Shown: positions 1 to 9,468 of the stretch, piece by piece
Layout: every line of letters begins with the position of its first letter
How positions within the stretch are numbered: the first letter of the stretch is position 1
DNA from: an uncultured Thermoleophilia bacterium
GTDB taxonomy: Bacteria; Actinomycetota; Thermoleophilia; UBA2241
Assembly: GCA_963702475.1 (NCBI GenBank)
Contig: CAVPCT010000003.1
Coordinates: 160,001-224,000, forward strand
DNA length: 64,000 nt
Direction: 5' to 3'
Made by a program: the position numbers and the translations under genes
Notes under the pieces: model-generated
Told to the model about the DNA's origin: nothing
What the model saw: the letters and a program-made list of their open reading frames with translations, nothing else
The model's database searches: none

Positions 1-2
1 TG

Positions 3-788
3 GCGTTCACCGACCAGGCCAACGCCAACGGCATCCTCGGCTTCGCGCGGGCGCGCGACGCCGGCTTCGACGCCTGCCACTTCAACCTGCACAAGACATT
101 CAGCAGCCCGCACGGCTGCGAGGGTCCGGCGAGCGGCGCCTACATGGTCACCGACGAGCTGGCGCCGTACCTGCCGGTGCCGGTCGTCACCAAGGAGGGT
201 GACCGGTACCACCTCGACTACGACCGGCCCGAGAGCATCGGCCGCGTGCGCGGGTTCCTGGGCAACTGGATGGCGGTCATCCGCGCCTACGCCTGGATCC
301 GCAACATGGGCCCCGAGGGCCTCAGGGAAGTGGCCGAGATCTCGGTGCTCAACAACAACTATCTCGACAACTTGCTGATGGCCGTCAAGGGCGTCAGCCG
401 GCCGTACGCCGAAGGCCACCGCCGGCTCGACCAGGTGCGCTACAGCCTGGAGCAGCTCAAGGAGGACACCGGCGTCGGTACCGAGGCCGTGCGCGACCGC
501 ATGATCGACTTCGGCATCCAGAGCTTCTGGATGAGCCATCACCCATGGGTGGTGCCCGAGCCGTTCACGCCCGAGCCGTGCGAGACCTACAGCAAGGCCG
601 ACCTGGACGAGTGGGCCGCTGTGATCAAGCTCGCCAGCGACGAGGCGTACCAGGACCCGCAGACGGTGCTCGACGCGCCATACGCGCAGCCCATCGACCA
701 GATGCGCCGCACCGAATCGATGGAGGACCCGGACCAGTGGGCCTTCACGTGGCGCAAGTACAAGAAGAAGTTCAAGGACGAGACCTGA
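3..788 (+). CDS. gcvPB: Glycine dehydrogenase P-protein subunit 2-like (5'-truncated by window edge; divergent)
   Basis: Frame 3 reads DQANANG...GFDACHFNLHKTFSSPHGCEGP (PLP-lysine motif NLHKTF), then NNNYL and EPCET...DL, matching GcvPB. Confidence 0.88.
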   Translation, partial: AFTDQANANGILGFARARDAGFDACHFNLHKTFSSPHGCEGPASGAYMVTDELAPYLPVPVVTKEGDRYHLDYDRPESIGRVRGFLGNWMAVIRAYAWIRNMGPEGLREVAEISVLNNNYLDNLLMAVKGVSRPYAEGHRRLDQVRYSLEQLKEDTGVGTEAVRDRMIDFGIQSFWMSHHPWVVPEPFTPEPCETYSKADLDEWAAVIKLASDEAYQDPQTVLDAPYAQPIDQMRRTESMEDPDQWAFTWRKYKKKFKDET

Positions 789-976
789 GTTGAGGGGCGG
801 CGGGCGGGGGCGCCGGCGGGCGAAGCAGCCGCGCCCGCCCCGCCGCCTCGGGCGGGCGGATCCGCGGCGCAGCCGCGCCCTCCCGTCGCCGGCGGCTACG
901 GCGGCGGGCCGGGTCGGATATCATGGCCCGGCCGCCGCTTCCGCGGCTGCTGTCAGCGACGACGAAAGGCGGCAGC

Positions 977-1462
977 GTGCCCTCTCAACCTGCCAAGCCC
1001 ACCTTCCGCATGGCCCAGGCCGCCGGCCTGACCCTCTTCGTGGTCACCCTGGCCGTGCTCACGGCGCTGTTCGTCACGTTCGCGGGCAAGGGCGTGGCGA
1101 ACCTGCAGCAGGTCGCGCTGCTGTTCTGTACGGCGGCCGCCATCCTGGCAGTCGCCGGGATGGGCTGGGACGCCGTGGACCTCTGGCTGCGGGGCCGCAA
1201 GATGACGCCGTACAGCGTGAAGATGTTCCGCTCGCTGGTGTTCGTGGCCGTCCTCGTCGCGGTGGGGAGCAGCTTCCTTGCGCGGACGACGGCCCCGGTG
1301 CTGGTGCTGGCGCCGTCCATGATCGTGTACCTCTTCGTCGCACGGCGGCCGGCCACGGGCGCCCCTGCCGCCGGCCGCGGCGCGGGCGCCGCAAGACCGG
1401 GCGCCGCTTCTGCGGGCTCGGCCAAAGCGCGCCAGCGACGCGGAGGCAAGAAACGTAAGTGA
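977..1462 (+). CDS. Hypothetical membrane protein (about 4 TM, basic C-terminal tail)
   Basis: Hydrophobic segments; AAAGG before GTG 977; stop overlaps next start (GTGA). Confidence 0.7.
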   Translation: MPSQPAKPTFRMAQAAGLTLFVVTLAVLTALFVTFAGKGVANLQQVALLFCTAAAILAVAGMGWDAVDLWLRGRKMTPYSVKMFRSLVFVAVLVAVGSSFLARTTAPVLVLAPSMIVYLFVARRPATGAPAAGRGAGAARPGAASAGSAKARQRRGGKKRK

Positions 1463-2673
1463 GCCCGACCGTCGCTCGCAAGAGGCTCGGTCTCATCGTC
1501 AATCCGGTGGCCGGGGTCGGCGGCCGCGTCGGCCTGAAGGGTAGCGACGGTCCCGAAGTAGTGCGGTCCGCGCTCGAGCGGGGCGCCGTGCGCGACGCGC
1601 CGCGTCGCGCACGGCAGGCCCTCGAGCGCCTCGCCCGCCTCAAGGACCACGTCGAGGTGCTCACCTGGCCCGGCGAGATGGGCGAGGACGAGGCGCGCGC
1701 CGCCGGCTTCGAGCCGCGCGTGCTGGGCTCGTTCGACGGGCGGCGCTCGTACGTGGCCTGCGAGCTCGAGCGCGTCCCAGGCAGGCCGCCGGATCTCCAC
1801 TGCCCCGACTTCGTATTCACCACCGCCGACGACACGGCGCTGGCCGCGCGCGACCTGCTGGCCGCCGGCGTGGACCTCATGCTGTTCGCCGGTGGAGACG
1901 GCACCGCGCGCACCATCTGCGGAGCCGTCGGCGACGCCGTCCCCGTCATCGGTGTCCCGGCGGGCGTCAAGATCCACTCGGCGGTGTACGCCACCACGCC
2001 GGCCGCGGCCGGCGACGTTGCGGCGCTCTACCTGCACGACCGCCCGGCGGCCGTGCGCCTGCGCGAGGGCGAGGTCATGGACATCGACGAGGACGCCTTC
2101 CGTGAGAACCGCGTCTCGGCGCACCTCTACGGCTACATGACCGTGCCCTACGCCCGCGGCCTCACCCAGAGCGCCAAGGCCGGCGGCGTGGCCGGCGAGG
2201 AGCGTGCCCTCAACGATGTGGCCGAGGACGTGGTCCGCGGCATGGATGCGGACGCGCTCTTCATCATCGGCCCCGGAACCACCACGCGCACGGTGCTGGA
2301 GCGCCTCGGCCTGCCCAAGACGCTGCTCGGCGTCGACGCCGTGCGCGGCGGCGAGCTGGCCGGGGCCGACCTCACGGAGGCGGAGCTGCTCGCGCTGCTC
2401 GACGCCGCCCCCGCGGCCCGCATCATCGTCACCGTGATCGGCGGTCAGGGGCACATCTTCGGGCGAGGCAACCAGCAGATCAGCCCCGCCGTCATCCGCC
2501 GCGCCGGCGTCGCCAATGTCACCGTCATCGCCACTCAGACCAAGCTGCTTTCGCTGGAGGGCCGCCCCCTCCTGGTGGACACCGGTGATGCCGAGCTCGA
2601 TCGGGAGCTCTGCGGCTACGTGAAGGTGGTCACCGGCCTCGGCGAGCGCACCATGTACAAGGTCGGTCTCTGA
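1459..2673 (+). CDS. ATP-NAD kinase / AcoX-like family protein
   Basis: GLIVNPVAG..GGRVGLKGSDG, AGGDGTAR, GVPAGVKIHS, GGQGHIFGRGNQQ motifs. Confidence 0.85.
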   Translation: MSPTVARKRLGLIVNPVAGVGGRVGLKGSDGPEVVRSALERGAVRDAPRRARQALERLARLKDHVEVLTWPGEMGEDEARAAGFEPRVLGSFDGRRSYVACELERVPGRPPDLHCPDFVFTTADDTALAARDLLAAGVDLMLFAGGDGTARTICGAVGDAVPVIGVPAGVKIHSAVYATTPAAAGDVAALYLHDRPAAVRLREGEVMDIDEDAFRENRVSAHLYGYMTVPYARGLTQSAKAGGVAGEERALNDVAEDVVRGMDADALFIIGPGTTTRTVLERLGLPKTLLGVDAVRGGELAGADLTEAELLALLDAAPAARIIVTVIGGQGHIFGRGNQQISPAVIRRAGVANVTVIATQTKLLSLEGRPLLVDTGDAELDRELCGYVKVVTGLGERTMYKVGL

Positions 2674-2899
2674 GGCGCGCGGCGCGCGCTGTTGCCGCCG
2701 CTCCACGGGACAGGCCACGAGCTCCACCCCGGCGACTGGCCGGCGATCGTCGCGGCCCTGGCCCCGCACACCGAAGGGTTCGGACCCGGGGGCTGCTCTC
2801 CGGGTAGGGACCCTGGGGTAGACGGCCGTCCCATGTCGCCCGGGACGAGAACGGCCGACGTACCAGGGTGACGATGTTCCGCACGCCGGAGGGCCGGAC

Positions 2900-3958
2900 A
2901 TGAGGACGGATTGGGCGAGCATGCTGATGGAAGAGACGGGTCCGCCGCCCGACGGCCTCGGAGCGGCGTTCTGGACCGTGCCGCACCTCCCGACGGAGGT
3001 CTCGCAGCGCGTCAACGTCGTGTTCGAGGTGCTCTCTCACCTGCCGCTGCGGCAGCCCGTGGTCGTGGTGTCCGAGGTCGGCATGACGCTGGCGCTCAAC
3101 GCGCCGCTGCTCGAACTCACCGGCGGCGCGGCCGCCGACCTCCTCGGCCGTCACTGGACCCAGGCGATGCCGTCGTGGACCGACAGGGCGAGGAGCTTCC
3201 GCCGCGAGGGGGTCCAGGTGTTCGAGGACTACCTCGCACGCCGCGGCGGCGACCCCCAGTGGGTGCGGGTCTCTCTTGGGCCGGTGCATCGCCGCGGGGA
3301 GCCGCGGCCGGTGGCCTACGTGCTCTTCATCACGAGCCCCGACGCGGAGACCATCGACCACGACGAGGTGCGCCGCCTGCGCAAGAGCTTGGCACTGTAC
3401 GCCGAGCTCCAGTCCGACTACGTCGTGGAGATCGACGGCGACGGCATCATGAGGTTCGCGAGCCCGTCGTTCTGCCGGGCCGTGGGCGCGGCCGAGAGCG
3501 AGCTGCTCGGCCGTCCCTTCCTCTCCCGCCTCCGAGAGGAGGACCGCACGGACGCGCACGCAGCCCTGGCCCGGGCTCGCCGGCCGCCGTTCGCCGGCGA
3601 GATGCGGGCCAGCCTTGCGGCCGCGCCCGGGACCTCGGTGACGTGGCAGGTCGACACCGTGGTCGGCACGGGCTACTCGGGTCTCGACCTGGTCGGCCGT
3701 GTGGACGCCGTGGGCCGCGCTCCGGAGAGGATCGTCGCTCCGGTGGCGGCACGTGCCGACGCGGCCCACGCGCCTTCCGACCCTCGCCTTGACGACATCC
3801 GCGAGCGCCTGGACGCCCTGGTCCCCGGCGATCGCGCGTCCTTCACGGCGCTGGCGCGCGCCGTGGCCGCCGCTGCCGGTGCGGAGTGCGTGCTCTACAA
3901 CGTGCTCCAGGGGGACACCATCGAGCCGGCGGTCGGCTGGCTTCTGCCGCCGGCCTGA
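2900..3958 (+). CDS. Tandem PAS-domain protein ending in a partial GAF-like segment
   Basis: Two PAS-like repeats (LNAPLLELTG..DLLGRHW; IDGDGIMRFASPSFCRAVG..ELLGRPF); no output domain. Confidence 0.7.
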   Translation: MRTDWASMLMEETGPPPDGLGAAFWTVPHLPTEVSQRVNVVFEVLSHLPLRQPVVVVSEVGMTLALNAPLLELTGGAAADLLGRHWTQAMPSWTDRARSFRREGVQVFEDYLARRGGDPQWVRVSLGPVHRRGEPRPVAYVLFITSPDAETIDHDEVRRLRKSLALYAELQSDYVVEIDGDGIMRFASPSFCRAVGAAESELLGRPFLSRLREEDRTDAHAALARARRPPFAGEMRASLAAAPGTSVTWQVDTVVGTGYSGLDLVGRVDAVGRAPERIVAPVAARADAAHAPSDPRLDDIRERLDALVPGDRASFTALARAVAAAAGAECVLYNVLQGDTIEPAVGWLLPPA

Positions 3959-4188
3959 GCGGCGGCCTCCCCACCCTCGGCCGGTCTCCTCAGTCCGCCC
4001 AGCAGTCCCCCCGCCGCCGCAAAACCTCCGCAACGAGAAATTCGACGCTGGATTCTCCGTCCCAAAGTTGTACAATATGCCTCACAAGCGGCTGTGGAGG
4101 GAGTACCGCTGCTTGCGCGCGCCCAGCGCCGGGTGCGTGTGAGCCCCTTCGCGGCTAGTCCACGGGGCGCCGAGGAGTGAAGCTCACC

Positions 4189-5493
4189 ATGAAGGTTCTC
4201 ATCGTCGGGACCGGCGGCGTCGGCGAGTCGATCGCCCAGATCGCGAAGCGTCGCGCCAACTCGTCGGAGTGGCTGGAGAAGGTGGTCCTGGCCGACTACG
4301 ACCTGGCCAAGGCCCAGGCCGCCGCCGACAGGCTCAAGGACCCGCGGTTCGTGGCCGAGAAGGTCGACGCCTCCGACGCCGACCAGGTCGCCGCGCTGGC
4401 GCGCGGCATGGACATCGATATCATCTGCAACCTCTGCGCCCCGGAGTTCAACCCCAGCCTGCTGCAGGCTGCGCTCAAAGCCGGCACGCACTACCTGGAC
4501 ACCGCCATGACCGTGTCCGAGCCTCACCCCCAGGGCGAGATCGGCCCAACGCACGTCAAGCTCGGCGACAAGGAGTTCCCGCTCGGCCCCGAGTTCGAGA
4601 AGACCGGCAAGCTCGCCCTGGCCGGGTTCGGCGTCGAGCCCGGCATGGCCGACTACTTCGCGCGCTACGCCGCCGACCACTTCTTCGACGAGATCGAGGA
4701 GATCGGTATCCGCGACGGCTCGAACCTCGAGATCCCGGGCGCCAAGGGCATCGCCTTCGGCTTCTCCATCTGGACCACCATCGAGGAGTGTACGCAGCCG
4801 GCCATCATCTGGGAGAAGGACAAGGGCTGGTACACGGTGGAGCCGTTCGCCGAGCTCGAGAAGTTTTTCCTGCCCGAAGGCATCGGCGAGGTCGAGATCG
4901 CGCACGTGGAGCACGAGGAGGTCATCAACCTCGGTCGCTCGGAGGCGCTGCTCAAGGGCAACAAGAAGGCCACGTTCAAGTACGCGCTCGGCGACGAGTT
5001 CATGGAGGCCATGGAGATCTTCAAGTCGATCAACATCGACAAGAAGGAGCCGATCAACGTGAAGGGCGTGGAGGTCGCGCCGCGCGACGTCATCGCCGCC
5101 GCCGCCCCCGACCCCAACGAGATCGGCAAGAAGTACGTGGGTCAGACTGCCGCCGGCACCTGGGTGCGCGGCAAGAAGGACGGCATGGTCCGCGAGGTCT
5201 ACCTCTACCAGATCGCCGACAACCAGGAGTGCGTGCAGAAGTACGGCACGCAGGTGGTCGTCGCGCAGACCGCGTTCACGCCGGTCGTCACGCTGGAGCT
5301 GCTTGCCGGCGGCAAGCTGCAGGGCTACAAGGGCAACCCCGAGGCCGGCGTGCACGTGCCCGAGGAGTTCTGCGCCGACGACTACGTCGCGCTCATGCCG
5401 GAGTACGAGTTCCCCGGCGGCCTCATGGAGATGGACTCGGAGTACAAGCGCCACAAGGACCACCACGACCTCACGACGCCGCTCGCAAAGTAG
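4189..5493 (+). CDS. Saccharopine dehydrogenase / carboxyspermidine dehydrogenase family oxidoreductase
   Basis: Rossmann VLIVGTGGVG, HYLDTA, GFGVEPG, FSIWTTIEEC, HVEHEEV; GAGGAG RBS; TACAAT at 4071-4076. Confidence 0.85.
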   Translation: MKVLIVGTGGVGESIAQIAKRRANSSEWLEKVVLADYDLAKAQAAADRLKDPRFVAEKVDASDADQVAALARGMDIDIICNLCAPEFNPSLLQAALKAGTHYLDTAMTVSEPHPQGEIGPTHVKLGDKEFPLGPEFEKTGKLALAGFGVEPGMADYFARYAADHFFDEIEEIGIRDGSNLEIPGAKGIAFGFSIWTTIEECTQPAIIWEKDKGWYTVEPFAELEKFFLPEGIGEVEIAHVEHEEVINLGRSEALLKGNKKATFKYALGDEFMEAMEIFKSINIDKKEPINVKGVEVAPRDVIAAAAPDPNEIGKKYVGQTAAGTWVRGKKDGMVREVYLYQIADNQECVQKYGTQVVVAQTAFTPVVTLELLAGGKLQGYKGNPEAGVHVPEEFCADDYVALMPEYEFPGGLMEMDSEYKRHKDHHDLTTPLAK

Positions 5494-5521
5494 CACCGCG
5501 GCGACCGCCGTAGGCACAGAG

Positions 5522-5571
5522 GGCCGGAGGGCCGGCCGTCCCGATCCCTGGGGGCGGCCGGCCCTCCGGCC
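5522..5571 (+). terminator. GC-rich hairpin downstream of the dehydrogenase gene
   Basis: 17-bp perfect inverted repeat ggccggagggccggccg / cggccggccctccggcc. Confidence 0.65.
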
Positions 5572-5899
5572 GTACGGGGACTTGATCCGCGGGCAGTCGC
5601 CTGCGGCGGGCGCCCCGGTCTACTGCCGGCATGCCTGGACCAGGTCCTTGCCCGTGCGCTTGGCCGAGTAGAGGGCGGCGTCGGCACACGCCACCAGCTC
5701 GTCCGTCTCCTCCGCGGTGGCGGGGTACGCGGCGACGCCGATGGGGGCTTGCCCGCCGCCGCGTCCTCGGCAGCGAGCAACAAGGATATTTGTCTTTATG
5801 GTTGAGTTACTTCATGAGTGGGAAATATGACGCCAAGCGCGGCGCGGGTTTGGATCGCGGCTCGCAAGGCGTTCAAACCAGACTCAAGGAGGATCCAAG

Positions 5900-6521
5900 G
5901 TGTCACTACCATCGACCACAGGCAGACGTTCCTTAGGGCTTGCGAGCGCCATACTACTGGTGGCCGTGGCCTTCCTGGTCTTCTCGGTCAGCGCGCGGGC
6001 GGACACGCTCACGCTGGCAGGAGGGTACACGGAGCTGACGACTGATCCGGGGACGACCAAGGCCCTGGTCGCCAACAGGATCTTGCCGTTGCCGGTGCTT
6101 CCGTCGTGGGTCGTCCCGACGCAGGTGGACGGAAAGCTGGCTCTTCGCTACCGCTTCTACATCACGGGCGGGCAGATCGACTCGGCCACCCTGGCCGGCG
6201 AGATCAGGCACTCCGGCGGTCTGAAGTTCGCCAATCTGACGAACGGCAAGTCCCTCACGGTCCGCGACTTCACCATCGATACCGTCAACCGCCAGCTCAC
6301 CGCGTACAGTTCCGGCGCTTGACGTGCGCGCCCCGATCCTCGACCTCGACCTGTCCCGCGTGAAGGTGACACCGGGGTCCGTCTACACGAAGGTCGGCCC
6401 TGTGCCGGCCGCACTCACCGGCATCGCTGCGTCGGTGCTGAACGATAAGCTCTCCACCAGCCTCTTCGCCGCTGGTCTCCCGATCGGCACGGCGAACGTG
6501 TACGCGCGCTTCGCCAGGTAA
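5900..6521 (+). CDS. Secreted beta-rich protein (possibly HtaA-like), split by a +1 frameshift at about 6308
   Basis: Signal peptide; ITGG..GEIRHSGGL; removing A6308 joins 5900-6322 and 6324-6521 (..AYVPALDVRAPILDLDL..); AAGGAGG RBS. Confidence 0.6.
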
Positions 6522-6829
6522 CACTCGCCAAGGCCCCATGCACGGGGGCGGTCCGTCGCACGAGCCCTCGGGCACGGTTTCGGATCGTCCCCCGTCGCGC
6601 AGGGCCGCGCAGCCCGCTCGGGCGGCGAGCTCCGCGAGGTGCGATCGTGGCGCGCCGTAGCGGATCTTCACCACGCGTTCAGGGCTGAGCGGCACGAACG
6701 TCATGTCCTTGCCGGCATCCGAGCGGCTGGACTCGGAGTTCCGGGGAGTGCGGAGCGTCGCTTTCCCTCGCGTCGAGATCGTCCCGAGCCGCCAACGCTC
6801 CCTGTGAGCGAAGGTCTCCCGCGGCCGCG

Positions 6830-7069
6830 CAGATGATGCACTCCGGGCTCCCGAGAGGTTCGCCGGCGATGCGCGCGACCTCGGCTAGCCCCTTATCGTA
6901 CTCGATGCTGGCGGCGAGCTGCCGGCCGGCACGCAGCAGCACGCGCAGCGCGTCGAGCGCCGTGTCGCGCTCGGCCAGGAGCGCGCGCGGTCTCGGCGCA
7001 CAGGCGTTGCTCCTCGGACGGTCCGCTCCTGTGCCCCGCGGACCCGCCGGGTGGGATGGTCTCCGTCAT
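6830..7069 (-). pseudogene. Remnant of a GAF-domain sensor N-terminus
   Basis: Frameshifted MTETIP..EEQRLCAE / LLAERDTALDALRVLLRAGRQLAASIEYDKGLAEVARIAGEPLGSPECII, after which similarity is lost. Confidence 0.4.
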
Positions 7070-7170
7070 CAGGCCCCCGGAACGGTCTGCTTCGGCCATC
7101 GTCTTGCGGAGTATCAGGCTTCGTTGTGGGGTGACCGCAGGCTCGCGTCGTGCGAAGATGCGCACACAGC

Positions 7171-7268
7171 GGAGCGGCTCGTGGTCCGGTGACCACCGCG
7201 GTCTTCAAAACCGTCTGCGGGGCAGTGCTCCTGTCCTGGGTGGGTTCGACTCCCATGTCGCTCCGCCA
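7171..7268 (+). tRNA. selC: tRNA-Sec (anticodon UCA)
   Basis: 8-bp acceptor GGAGCGGC/GTCGCTCC, 6-bp D stem gtggtc-cggt-gaccac, anticodon loop CTTCAAA (7203-7209), long variable arm, T loop TTCGACT, terminal GCCA. Confidence 0.95.
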
Positions 7269-7424
7269 GCGCGCGCCTTTCCTGCCGGTCTTCCTGCGAT
7301 GCTGCGAATGGACCCAGGCGGCCGCGGCCCGGCGCGGCTGGGGAAACCAGCCGCCACGCTGTAGCATCCTGTCGGTGGGCGTGAACACGCGCAGACGGTG
7401 GCCGGCCTCACGGGGTCCCGGCCG

Positions 7425-8666
7425 ATGAGTGGTCCGGCGCCGGAGAGCCGCTCGGCTGTAAACCGGTCGCGGGTGTGCCGCCGTTCCTGTCTTCGCCGCC
7501 AGCTCCTGCTCACGTTCGTGCTGGTCGGCGCGGCCGTCACCCTCGCCGCGATCGCCCTGCTCACGGCCCACAGCGGCGCGGATCCCGGCTCCCGGGCTTC
7601 CGCGATCCCGGCGGCGAGCCCGTCTGCGAGCGGCTCGCCGCCGTCCGAGGTCCGCACGGTCGCGCTCGCCGACGTCACGGTGCACCGCGGCGAGCGCGTC
7701 CGCCTGCGCTACCGTATCGACGACCCGCTCTGGCGCACGTGGGCGGCCGAACTGCAGGTGCTCGCCGCCTCGGGCGACGCGGTCAAGACGCAGGGTCTGG
7801 GCGACGTCGTTACCGCCGGCTCCGTCCACACCGCGAGCTTCCCCGTGCGCATCCCGGTCGGCAGGTACACCTGGGTGGTGCACGTGCACGACGCGCAGGG
7901 CTCCGTGGAGGCGACATCCACGGCCTCGCGTCTCACGGTGCTGAAGGCGCTGCCGCCGCCCGTCCCCGGCGCCAAGGCGGTTGCGGCCGCCGTCAAGTGG
8001 GTGTCTGGCCGCCACTCCCGTACCGGGGTGGCCGTGGTGGACAGCCGCGGGGAGCTGCACGGCTGGCACGAGCACCTGCCGTTCACCGGTGCCAGCCTCG
8101 TCAAGGCCATGCTGCTGGTGGCGTACCTGCGCAAGGAGCCCCACCCCGCCGGCCTGGACGCCGCCGCCACGCTGATGATCTACAAGTCGGACAACGCGGC
8201 GGCCCACGCCGTCCAGGGCGCCGTCGGCATGTCGGGCATCACGAAGGTCGCCAGGCTCGCCGGCATGCGCGACTTCAAGGCCGGCGGCTCGTGGATCGAC
8301 TGCAAGGTCTCGGCCGCCGACCAGGCGCGCTTCTTCTACGACTACCTGAAGTACGTGCCGGCTTCGCGCCGGTCGTTTGCGCGCACGCTGCTCAACGGCG
8401 TGGTCTCGTATCAGCGCTGGGGCATCCCGGCGGCGGCCGGCCCCGATGGGTGGAAGGCCTTCTTCAAGAGCGGGTGGCTGGAGATGGACAACGTGTTGAT
8501 GGTCCAGGCCGCCTGGGTCGAGAAGAAGGGCGTCAAGTGGGCGGCCGCGGTGCTGACCGAGGAGAACCCCACCAAGTCGTACGGCTGGGACACGCAGAAG
8601 GGGTTCGCCGGGCTGCTGCTCGGGCACCAGCCCACGCCGGCGTACCTGGCGCGGGTGCTGGAGTAG
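7425..8666 (+). CDS. Membrane-anchored serine hydrolase of class A beta-lactamase/PBP fold with N-terminal Ig-like domain
   Basis: SxxK (ASLVK), SDN, KSG motifs; N-terminal TM helix; start uncertain. Confidence 0.75.
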   Translation: MSGPAPESRSAVNRSRVCRRSCLRRQLLLTFVLVGAAVTLAAIALLTAHSGADPGSRASAIPAASPSASGSPPSEVRTVALADVTVHRGERVRLRYRIDDPLWRTWAAELQVLAASGDAVKTQGLGDVVTAGSVHTASFPVRIPVGRYTWVVHVHDAQGSVEATSTASRLTVLKALPPPVPGAKAVAAAVKWVSGRHSRTGVAVVDSRGELHGWHEHLPFTGASLVKAMLLVAYLRKEPHPAGLDAAATLMIYKSDNAAAHAVQGAVGMSGITKVARLAGMRDFKAGGSWIDCKVSAADQARFFYDYLKYVPASRRSFARTLLNGVVSYQRWGIPAAAGPDGWKAFFKSGWLEMDNVLMVQAAWVEKKGVKWAAAVLTEENPTKSYGWDTQKGFAGLLLGHQPTPAYLARVLE

Positions 8667-8774
8667 GGCGCCCGCGACCCAAGCGCGGCCGCCCGTTGCG
8701 TGCCCTGGCGCGTAGGACCCGGGCGCCCGTCGCGCGAAGCACGCGCCGGCGGGCCGCCGCAGGCCCTCCCGTCG

Positions 8775-9293
8775 TCACTCCGGGTAGTCGATCTCCTCGA
8801 TCGTGAGGTCGCGGTCGCCCTTGGGCCGCCGCCAGTGCACGGTCGCGCCGACGCGCGCATCGAGGAGCGCGGCGGCGAGCGGCGAGACGTAGCTGATCTT
8901 GCCCTGCTCCGGATCGGCCTCGTCCTCGCCGACGATCGTGAACGTGAGCCTGCTGCCGTCCTGCTTCTGGGTGACGGTGACGGCCGCGCCGAACTTGACC
9001 ATGCGGCGCGGCTGGCGCTTGGACTCCACGAGGATCGCCGTGTCGAGCCGCTTGGTGAAGTAGCGCAGGTCGCGGTCCACGTACTCCAGCTCCTGCTCGG
9101 CGAGGCCGTTGTCCTCCTCGCGCTCGGCCTGGGCGAGCAGCACCAGGCGCCTCTCCTCGAGCTCGCCGACGCGCTGCTCCAGCAGGCGCCGCCCGGCCGG
9201 CGTCACGTAGTTGGGGTGGTCACTGATCTGACGTTCCGGGAGTCCCTCTTCAGGCATTCCCCCGTCGGGTTCCTTGACGAATGCTCGGCTCAT
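8775..9293 (-). CDS. GreA/GreB family transcription elongation factor-like protein
   Basis: MSRAFVKE, NYVTPAG, FTIVGEDEADPEQGKISYVSPLAAALL. Confidence 0.85.
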   Translation of the reverse strand: MSRAFVKEPDGGMPEEGLPERQISDHPNYVTPAGRRLLEQRVGELEERRLVLLAQAEREEDNGLAEQELEYVDRDLRYFTKRLDTAILVESKRQPRRMVKFGAAVTVTQKQDGSRLTFTIVGEDEADPEQGKISYVSPLAAALLDARVGATVHWRRPKGDRDLTIEEIDYPE

Positions 9294-9468
9294 CGGTCCT
9301 CGTGGACGTCGGTTTGGGTGAGGGCGGGACCGCCCGTAGTGGCCTACCGGAGAGGTTCGACGCGCAGACACGTCCTCCCCCCGGTTTACTCCCCCAGTAC
9401 GGTGAGGGTACAAACCCAGCGAGAGGCGGCCGGGAGCCGTGGATGTGAACCGACACCGAGGTGGAACG

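Noticed and set aside
2810-2870. Long imperfect hairpin upstream of the PAS gene as a riboswitch
   Set aside because: No recognisable aptamer motif; such stems are expected by chance at this GC content
6320-6324. TGA near tRNA-Sec as a possible selenocysteine codon
   Set aside because: The downstream coding segment is in a different frame; a single extra A explains the break
7240-8700. selC as integration site of a genomic island
   Set aside because: No integrase and no duplicated tRNA 3' end noticed in the window
9383-9411. SigB/SigF-like promoter GGTTT-N18-GGGTAC before ferritin
   Set aside because: The spacer is slightly longer than consensus and it sits in an imperfect palindrome; too weak to call
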